A stretch of 64,000 bases of DNA, taken from positions 7,262,710-7,326,709 of the forward strand of contig CAVNZM010000005.1 in the NCBI GenBank assembly GCA_963693365.1, read 5' to 3'. Position 1 is the stretch's first letter; each line of letters opens with the position of its first letter. This DNA comes from Amoebidium appalachense. Lineage: Eukaryota > Protista > Ichthyosporea. The notes beneath the pieces were generated by a model that was given only the letters and a program-made list of their open reading frames with translations, was not told the origin of the DNA and made no database searches. Shown piece after piece: positions 13,315 through 45,286 of this stretch. Both the position numbers and the translations under genes were made by a program.

Positions 13315-14081
13315 CCGAGAGACTCCGAGACTGAGAGAAGAAAGAAACCTTAAGACCGAAAGAAGGTCGGTTTTACCAGCCTGAACTTTTTACTACGAGC
13401 ACTCCTCCGATACTAAAACCTACTGTAGAACTGTTAGTATCTGTGACAGTGACCTTGCGGTCACGGTAACCTAGTTGCCGGAAGTCAGCTCCGACACTCG
13501 GAGTGTGACAGGCAGTGATTGCCGTACTAATCTTTTTCTTTTTCCTTCTTACTTACTTACAAGTCTTCAAGTTCTTCCCGAGTTTTGGGTGCCTCGGAGT
13601 CCCCTCCCAGGCCCGTGTATGTCCCACATGCATCCCACCCTTGATCCGTGCCGATGCATCCATGTAATCTGACTCTCTCGTCATCCCCTCCAGGATCCTG
13701 AACCAAATAGCCGCCAAGCAGGCGCAGTACATGGCCCAACAGCAAGCCGTCATCCACACCGACCAGAATGGAATGGACGTGCGCAGACGTGCAGCGGCAT
13801 TGAAATACCGCCCCTTGACCATAACCGAGATTGGGGCACGCAGTAGGAGCGATGCCTCGCTGGAACGATCTGTCAACACGGTGATGAAGGCGCTTTTGTC
13901 TTCAAAGGAGCATAAGGATGAAGTTCTTGATTTGGCGTACATGGAGGTCGGGGTGGGCCGGGCGGAGGATGGGCGAGGGCAGGCGTTTTGGTGCTTGGTG
14001 TTTGGCACCGCGAGACCGGATGGTTCAGCTCCCAAGACGAAGCCCCGGGCGGTAGACCCGTGCCCTGATAGACTAGGCTAA
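10570..14081 (+). CDS. Secreted protein: signal peptide, Cys-containing LysM-like domain, Pro/Asn linker, two bacterial-type (YkwD-like) CAP/SCP domains; ~564 aa
   Basis: Exons 10570 (or 10615)-11240, 12408-13043, 13694-14081; both introns phase 2. CAP1: LLNNERKRAGLQPLQFNSMIYQAAKKQSEYMA..MTH..GYRWRTVAENVAMGQ..VVMDWVNSPGHRANILNP..YWCTVFA. CAP2 is degenerate: INMNR..FNPILNQIAAKQAQYMA..SKEHKDEVLD..EVGVG..FWCLVFG. LysM-like: CLDAAKRFQVTAQSIVLANPSI..C..IKPPMLVCIP. Confidence 0.88.
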
Positions 14082-14111
14082 TGCGTTGCAAAAGAAAGTC
14101 ACTGGCATAGG

Positions 14112-14117
14112 AATAAA
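14112..14117 (+). terminator. Probable polyadenylation signal AATAAA of the LysM-CAP-CAP gene
   Basis: AATAAA 30 nt after the TAA ending at 14081. Confidence 0.55.
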
Positions 14118-15502
14118 TCTGAATTTATTATAGGCTAGTGTTCAGACCCTGATGTCACCTAACATAATATCATGATACAAGGAAGCCTTAGCATATTGGA
14201 TCTCAGCAGAGCGCCATACGTAAATGTATCGTGCTCGGAGGTATAGACACTTAGATTCTTTTCTCAGTGAAGCCGTGCACTATTTTCAACCCGGGGCCGG
14301 TTTCTGAGACCATGTATGCGCCGGTGGCGCCACGATTCAGCATAGCAGCCGTAGCGCTGCCTGTTGAAGTGGCATGAATTTATATGTATGTATGTATTTA
14401 TGTAATAATCATATTTATTAACATATATATTTGCTCTATATTCTTATTTCATAACACATATTCATAAATATTATATATTTTTCATACATTATTACCGTTT
14501 CGCAACGATTTTGAAGTTTGGCGCAGTGGTTCAGATCAATCAAGCCAACCAATCAGCCTGCAGGCAAGCTTGGACCGCCGGCCCGGTGCCCGTGTCACCA
14601 CGGGCGGATCATGTGCGTAACCACCCCATAGTATGGTCTATATTTTTACGGTAAGGTTGCACAGCCTGTGTCAAATGCTGCGGCTGAGCATCAAATGAGA
14701 GCCTCGGGGCCAGTGTTACTGACTAGTACTCCCGCCTGCGAATGTGTGTGTGACTGTGTGTGTGTGTGTGTGTGTGTGTGTGCTTCTTACTAAGTCTTTT
14801 GCTCTCACAGTCTCTGCCCCTCTGGGGCATTCCCACCGCTTTCAGCAGTGGCTCTCTCTCTCTGTCTCTCTCTCTCTCTCTCCCTCCCTCCCCCCGCCTC
14901 CCCCTCTCTCTTTCTCTCTCGTTCGCTCTCTCTCTCCCTCTCCTACTCTCTCTCTCTCTCTCTCTCTTTGAGAGACTCTTTCTCGATCTCTCGATTTCCC
15001 CCTCTCTCTCTCTCTCTCCCCCCCCCCCTCCCCCTCCCCCGAGAGTCTCTCCCTCTCTCATGCGCACTGTGTGTGTCTTGTGTGTGTGGTCACGAAGGAC
15101 TCTGAGTATGGCTGTGCACTGTGCATGCACATTGTTTATAGTGGCAGTGTGAGGGCCCTGCGCCATATGTTTGCATGCCCTTGCCTGTGCCACGGTGTGT
15201 GTGACGCTGTGTTAGTGCACTGCACTTGAAGTGCAACGTGGTGAAAAATTTGTGCGCCGCATTTCATGATCAGTGAGGTGCATAACCCCATGGTGCGTGG
15301 GTTCAACTTTGGTGATGTCAGGGTCGGTGATTGGAGAAGGCCTAGGGGCCTGGGACCAAACCCAACTCGGCTGAGATAAATTGTTCACACTACCACCGCA
15401 TGGCATGGTACGTGCGGTCCCTCCTCTCCCTAGTGGGTCAACCCCCCCTCCCCCCTCAACCTCTCCCCCTGCCCCCTCCCCCTCCCCCTCCCCCCCCCCC
15501 CC

Positions 15503-15533
<31 letters not shown>

Positions 15534-15939
15534 ACACACACACACCCGCCCCCCACGTGCACGCGTGCCAGGCCGGATCCTGCATGCACATGCGGCATCA
15601 TGTAAAGAAGTCGTTCAGGATTTAGACACACCTATAAGATACTTGGTACTACCGTAGATTGTTTGAGAAAAATTGAGATTCTAGGGGCTACCGAGGCCGG
15701 AGGAAAAATAAGGTAACGGCCGAGGGGCGAGGGGAGGGGGGGGGGAGGAGGGGGGAGGGGAGGGAGGATTCGGAGGAGGGACTGTCACCCCTACTCCACG
15801 GTCTAGCACTATTATTATTAGGCTGTGCACAAGAAAAGCCCTTACGTGCAGCAGATTAAGTTTCTTTTTTGATTAACTCGGAGTCTTCCGGAAGCCTTGA
15901 TATCATCGCGGCTTTGTTACAAATTTGGCAGCGGAAAAC

Positions 15940-16000
<61 letters not shown>

Positions 16001-16022
16001 GGGGGGGGGGGGGTTCCTGTCC

Positions 16023-16083
<61 letters not shown>

Positions 16084-16119
16084 TGTGTGTGTCAGTGTAC
16101 GGTGTGTGTGTGTGTGTAT

Positions 16120-16544
16120 AGTGTGTGGCGTTTATGTGTGTGTGTGTGGTTGCGAGTGTGTGCAACCGGTTCAGAAAGAGTTCAAAAACGGTTTACATTA
16201 ATGGACCCACGGTGCCCGGACCGTCGGGACACGTGCCTTAATTAACATATTGAATACTCCAGGCTGGCTCTATGCGCCTTTCTGCAGGCAAAAATGTGTG
16301 CAAATATCTGTGTGTACATTTGCCGGGAATATGTGTTCGTTTGTCACTCGGCGTGTTTGTGTGTACATGTGTGGTGTGTGTGTGTGTGCACGTGTGTGTA
16401 TCACAGTTTGTGTGTGTGTGTGCCAGTGTGTGTGGCTCCGTGTCACGGTGCACGGTGTGTATGTGTCTCCCCCTCCCCCTCCCCCCTCCCCCCTCCCCCT
16501 CTCTCCCCCCCCTGGGTCCCTTTTCTTGGGCTGATGGGAGGTTT

Positions 16545-16593
<49 letters not shown>

Positions 16594-16780
16594 CGGGAGC
16601 GGCTGTGCGAAAATGTGTGCATGTGTCTGAGTGTACCGTAATGATTTAGATTTTGCGGTTCGTTTGTCACTGGGTGTGTTTGTGTGTGTGTGGTGTGTGT
16701 GTGTGTGTGTGCACGTGTGTGTATCACAATGTGTGTGCGCGTGTCTCCATGTCACGGTGCACGGTTGTGTGTGTGTGTTT
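16120..16780 (+). repeat. Interspersed repeat family B embedded in GT microsatellite (full copy ~16120-16470, partial duplicate ~16655-16780)
   Basis: Core caaccggttcagaaagag..cccacggtgcccgga..cacgtgccttaat..atatctgtgtgtacatttg..tttgtcact..gtgtatcaca..gtcacggtgcacgg; aligns with the reverse complement of 54500-54960. Confidence 0.75.
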
Positions 16781-16836
<56 letters not shown>

Positions 16837-17532
16837 ACCACCACCACCACAAAAAAAGAAAAGAAAGAAAGAAAAAAAAGAAAAGAAGACTCACACAGCC
16901 CATTTAAACAAACCCATTAGGGCCCAGGGGGGGGGGGGGGGGGAGGATAATAAACCCTAGGGCCAATAAATCTTATAAGGTTTAGATCTACCGTATTTAC
17001 CTGCTATCTTAAAAGTGAATGACCCTTGTAGTCATACTTAGTAATATCATCAAGTTATGTGCGACTTACCATTTGAACACTTTGGCTCCCTCGTCCGAAG
17101 GCCACCGTGATCCACGTATATCGATCCAGAACCACACATTGGCACCTGGAACATTACAGCCTTCATGCCGCCCGCGCGGCATACATGCCATGCCGAGACG
17201 GCCCAGAATGAATATTTAGGCTACTTAATTGTTTTCAAATGATTATCTATAAAGACTTTTTCAACTGGCCATGTTTTGTGGCAAAACTTTTCCCGCTAGA
17301 TGTCCGTATTTGGCTAATGAATCAAATCACACACGATTTATTGGTTGGTACATTTTTTTTTTTTTTTTTTGGAATAGTATTACGGGTGCATGTGCCACAG
17401 TTAGTAACATGGTTTCATTTGCCACCAGGTCCTCAGCCCCGTAGTCCCAGGGCTTTGCCGGCGGGACTCAGTGAGTCATTGGATTTTACGAATACATACA
17501 AATCGGATCATCGTATCATGATAGTGCTTAAG

Positions 17533-17662
<130 letters not shown>

Positions 17663-17904
17663 CACGAACCGTTACGGGGTATGTGCCACTTGGGGCAAGT
17701 GACAATGATTATAATCGTCCGTTAACAGGTTGTTTCAAGTAGGGCACAATGTTGCCCTACATATGACATACTAAAATGTTTTGGGGGGAATCAATGAACA
17801 CATTGCCATGGCCATCTGACCTGAATTGAACTCTGACACTGGTTCGCCACCCAAGGATGGAAGGGCCGAGGGGGACTCGGGCTGGGGGGAGCCCGGGAGG
17901 GAGG

Positions 17905-17941
<37 letters not shown>

Positions 17942-17978
17942 TATGGTGGGTGGGGGGGGGGGGAGGGGGGGGGGCCTA

Positions 17979-18009
<31 letters not shown>

Positions 18010-19682
18010 TGGCGCGGGCCGGGGGGGCCGCGTAGCGCGGACGATCTTCTGCACGGTGAGAGGCTGTGGCCTGTATGTATCCCGTGTAAAACAAACCATT
18101 CTTGTGACGTTGTTATCTACAATGTCATGTGTCTTGATGGCTGAAAGTCCTTGTTGCCTTGGTGTCCGCATAGTCTTTACAGCGGTGTTATGTACTACGA
18201 CCATCCCCCCAGTTACTCTGCGTGTACGTATCTACCATACATGGTTTGGTTACAATTGTATCTAGATATGCATGTTCTAATTATGGCTATACTGTGGGTC
18301 CCCCAAGACCTAAATTTGGGGCGTGCCACAAGGTGTGCAATTTGTTTTTGTATAATGACTTTATTGATAGGCTCAGCAAAATTCGATTTCGAGTAATTGT
18401 ATGAGATATTAATATGATAGTATTCTGCGGAGCTCGTTACAGTAGACCAAAAATCATGCAAAGCATGCTTCACGTAATATTCAAATTTGAAAATTCACTA
18501 CGTGCAATCCTATGTATGTAACGGAGCTGAATGCCATCATTGCCATTATTGCCATCAAGAATACTTATGCTGGAAAGTTTTTTTTTTGACTTAGGTCTTG
18601 GGGATCCATTACCTGTAGCAGGTTCATACCAAATTCCTCACAATTCGTGAAGCTGCAGGGAGGTCCCATTGGGAATAGCCGAGGGGCCTTTAAGTAATAC
18701 AGTAAAGTGTAAAGCCTTTTTTTCCTCCATGGTTCCCACCTTCCCCAAGCACTGCTAGCACACGTCCCACTAATATTATGACCAGGACCGCAAAATACAC
18801 TGTCGATGGGGCTTTGGCCGAACAATTGTGAGTCATGATCGGGCCGCGGACCAAAACGGGTCGGGCCAGTGCATCAAATCCCAGGTGCGCCGTACCCGGC
18901 ACCCTGCCTACCAACCCTACCTGAGCAGGATACCCCAGGTGGCCCGGCCCGCCTCCGCCAGGGGTTGAACATTGAATACTCTCTCCTTCGGGTCAGGCGG
19001 AGGCGGACCGGGGAGAGAGAGGAGGGACAGTATTTGTGCCTCCTGCCTGGCCCCTTTGGGCTTGCAGCCCGACCCGATTTTATTACCGACCAATTACCAA
19101 CTTCGAAGAGGGCACTGATTGGTCGCATTCTAATTCATACATTCCTTAGCCATTAAATTTAGCCAATAGCCTCCAAAAGTATTCACTACGTAATATCGCG
19201 AGTCGCCAGGCCTGAGCTTCCCGGAACTTGTGATTGGTACACCGTAATTCCGAGTATATTGAAGTTAGGCTATGTGTTCCAAAGAAATATATTTTTATTT
19301 ATTTAATCTCGCTCTTTATAGAAAACGATAAAGGGCAGAATAAAAAGGAAAAGTTGCGATTGTCGACGTTAACGTCGGCTAAACACCAAATGCACTCTGC
19401 AAATATGCACACCGTCATTCGGTCACGCCGTGACTCCAGGCTACACAACTCCTGAAAAAGGTTTGAAGAGCTCGTGATCTCGATTTCTGAGGGCCCAAAG
19501 GCATCACACCTGAAACTTTGTTTTTATAGCGCGCCCGTCACCACCACCACTCTGCCACCCACGCACACGGCGCCAAGGGCAACGTCTTTCTTTCTGTGTC
19601 TCGCACTACCAAAAAGAACAAGAGAACTCCCAAGACATCCCACACGGCCCGGGCAGTGCATATGCCACGGTGGTGACCACTG

Positions 19683-38348
<18,666 letters not shown>

Positions 38349-38406
38349 TCTAAATACGTACAAAGCCTACACACCTACCTTATATTCTTCTAAACTTATT
38401 TTTTTT

Positions 38407-38439
<33 letters not shown>

Positions 38440-38538
38440 CATCACCTCTCTCTCTTTCCTAGCTCTTTCACTTCGGCGATCTCCCTCACGTATGGGTAAA
38501 AAATACCGGAAGCCCAGTTTGGAATATACTGTATAAAC

Positions 38539-38613
<75 letters not shown>

Positions 38614-39139
38614 GATCCAGATAGGAGAGTTTTTCGTGTTGTGTTTAAATGCCGAGTAAATTTAACAGTACCAATGTATAAGTATGAATATTTACTTTGA
38701 TTACGTTACACTCCGGAATTTACTTTTTTATAATATTTTCAGATTCTTTAGGTTAATTATGTAAACGTATAACTTCGGCCTCCTTTGAAGCTCTTATTTC
38801 ATGTAATTGTGTGTTTGGCCTAATATATTTTTTATGCATTTCTGTTCATGAAAGGGGTAACCCCAAAGCTTCGAGCATTGTGTAACTAAGAGGTATCATT
38901 AACACGATTATTATTAATGCGCGAGCCTAATTTGGTATGTGTATTGGAAAACGGTAACTTTATTGAGGACCATCAGAATGGCCTCCGTCGTTTCCATGAT
39001 TTTACATGGTTTTCAGTTCATAGCTTCACAGACTGCATTTTTAATTACAATAGTAAAAGCAAAAGCCTTGAATCCATGTCCCTGTACAGTCATCAAGCAC
39101 CTAGCACCGAACCCCCAGGGCCCTCGAGCTCTCCCCGGA

Positions 39140-39174
<35 letters not shown>

Positions 39175-39181
39175 CTCCCCC

Positions 39182-39212
<31 letters not shown>

Positions 39213-39296
39213 ACACGCACACGCACATGCACATGCGCGCGCATTCACACACGCGCGCGCACACACACACAGGCACACACACACATAAACACTGTG

Positions 39297-39331
<35 letters not shown>

Positions 39332-39440
39332 ATCACAGCAGACACTGCACCACAACTTGTGCACACGTGGCCGTAACAACTATTGACGTGCAGCTGTGCA
39401 GTGCCATTTCGTTGAGAAATATTGTGGGCAGGCACCCTGT

Positions 39441-39471
<31 letters not shown>

Positions 39472-39665
39472 GGGGGAGAGGGGGGGGGGGAGGGGGGGGG
39501 ATGGGGGGAGGAGGAGGTGGGTGGACTGCTGTGTGGGGGGGTGGACTGCTAACGTACGTGTTACCGGTGGCTGGGTGGTGCAGTACACATGGGATCATCT
39601 GGGGTCAATAATTATTGTGGTGTGTCTGTGTGTGTGTGTGTGTGCCTGCAGTGTGTGTGTGTGCC

Positions 39666-39717
<52 letters not shown>

Positions 39718-39959
39718 GTGTGTGCGTGTGCGTGTGCGTGTGCGTGTGCGTGTACACACATGGTGGGTACGGTTGTCGGCCGCGGCAATGCACCACTACG
39801 TACATACATGTACGTTTAAAAATTTCTCCAATATTCCTACTTTTTTTTTTTTTGATTTTTTTGATTATTATATTGTAGGCCAGTCAAAACAAAAAAAGAC
39901 TGTGTATGCAGGCAGTCATTCGGAATCCGACGGACTCCTGAATAGGCTCTCCCATGCAC

Positions 39960-40072
39960 AAACCTCGGGTGTTCATTTTCATCAATAGACCTCGGGTGAG
40001 CTCCCGGAGGGTGTTCATCAAAATCATCAAACCTCGGGTGTTTATTTCCACCAGCGAAACCTCCGGTGTTCA
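39960..40072 (+). repeat. Array of 4-5 AAACCTCGGGTGTT-like motifs upstream of the UBE2T promoter
   Basis: Copies at 39960, 39989, 40009 (partial), 40029, 40057. Confidence 0.75.
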
Positions 40073-40104
40073 ACTTGTGAGTTCACTTTGCGCCGTGGCG
40101 AATG

Positions 40105-40148
40105 ATTGGCAGAGATGGCGTTTTGGCGCGAAAATGTTCGTGACGTCA
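40105..40148 (+). promoter_or_regulatory. UBE2T promoter module: inverted CCAAT box, E2F site, CRE
   Basis: ATTGG 40105-40109, TTTTGGCGCGAAAA 40121-40134, TGACGTCA 40141-40148; about 400 nt upstream of the ATG, with a probable 5'UTR intron at ~40267-40538. Confidence 0.65.
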
Positions 40149-40546
40149 CACCTTCCGTGGCGGTACGCGCTGCCACACAAAGCCTTAGCTATAGGGCTGG
40201 AACAGTTCGAACAGTTGGTGCTTGCCTTTAGAGTTTTTAGCAGGCTCTAGCCAATAGATTAGAATGGTATTCTTCTGCTTATGTGTGTTATAGATGGCTA
40301 TTAGTTCTCTCAACGATATTTGTGCTTGAGTGTTTACATCACATCGTCTTTGCACGTGAGCTAGCATACCGTACTGGTGTTCTGTAGAAGGATGTTTTGC
40401 TGTCCCAGTTTTCTCCTCCGAAGGGCCCTCAAAGCGCGGCCTGGTTTCTATGTTCACTGACCAAGATACCGGATTTATCAACAGTGAATATTCAATTTCT
40501 TAAAATATAGAGATATTTGATCACATTATATTGTTCAGTTTCGAAA

Positions 40547-44249
<3,703 letters not shown>

Positions 44250-45170
44250 AGGGCTGTGTGTGCGTGTGTGTGTATGTGTGTGTTTGTGTGTCTGTGTGTG
44301 GGGACGGGAGGGGGGGGGGGGGAAGGGGGGGAGAGGGGAGGAGGGGGAGGAAGGGGAGGGGGACAATTAATTCTTTCCCAGGAATGAGTACCTAACAACA
44401 TGTATCCTACTGATTGGGTTGTGCTTCAGAAGCAAAACACTCAAAAACACAAATTGGTGAGGCAGAACAGCGGGGCCTTTGAATGTAGTCAATTTGGGAT
44501 ACTGAAGGGAATTTTTCGGGTTCGGTCATTGAAAGGCGAGAGAAATGATCTCTTGATGGCAACTGTTCGTATGTGATTGTGTATCGGCTTCGTCACTGAC
44601 AGGTGTGAGGGAGGAGGGAGGATGGGGGCATTGGGGGGGGGGGGGGGGGGGGGGGTTTCATCATCTCACATCCTCTTTGTCCCACTGAACATTTGCAACA
44701 TGACATCTCCTGTTGTGACTCGGGTCTTTTTATGGAACATCGGGATTATTCCGTAGTTTAATGTGCCCGTGTTTTGCAGTATGGGGAAGGGTGGGGGGAG
44801 AGGAAGGGGGGGGGAGGGGGGGGATGATGGGGGAGGGGAGGGAGGGGAGGAGGTGCGCAGAGAGAGAGCGAGAGCCTGGGGGGGAAGGGGGGTTGGGGGG
44901 GTGGGGAGGGGAGGGGGGGGTATACTTCGTAGTTACAAGCAAGACAGAGTAACCCCCACCCTCGAGCTCCCTCCCCATTAACACGCATTATGTGTGCCAC
45001 TGATGTATTATATCCATGTACCGCATTAAAAGACATGTATACAGGCCAACCCACCGTCAGCACTTTTAGCTGTCACGGAAGAAGCATCCTTGTGAACTGA
45101 ATAAATATAGCAAAACAAAGATGTCACACTCACGCAGGGCAGGTGCCTCCCCCCCCCCCTCCCTCCCCCC

Positions 45171-45286
<116 letters not shown>

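Noticed and set aside
38611-38910. AT-rich patch, with 18181-18460, as mirror candidates
   Set aside because: Only marginal inversion (TA 34 vs AT 31; TA 30 vs AT 29), compatible with ordinary AT-rich DNA.
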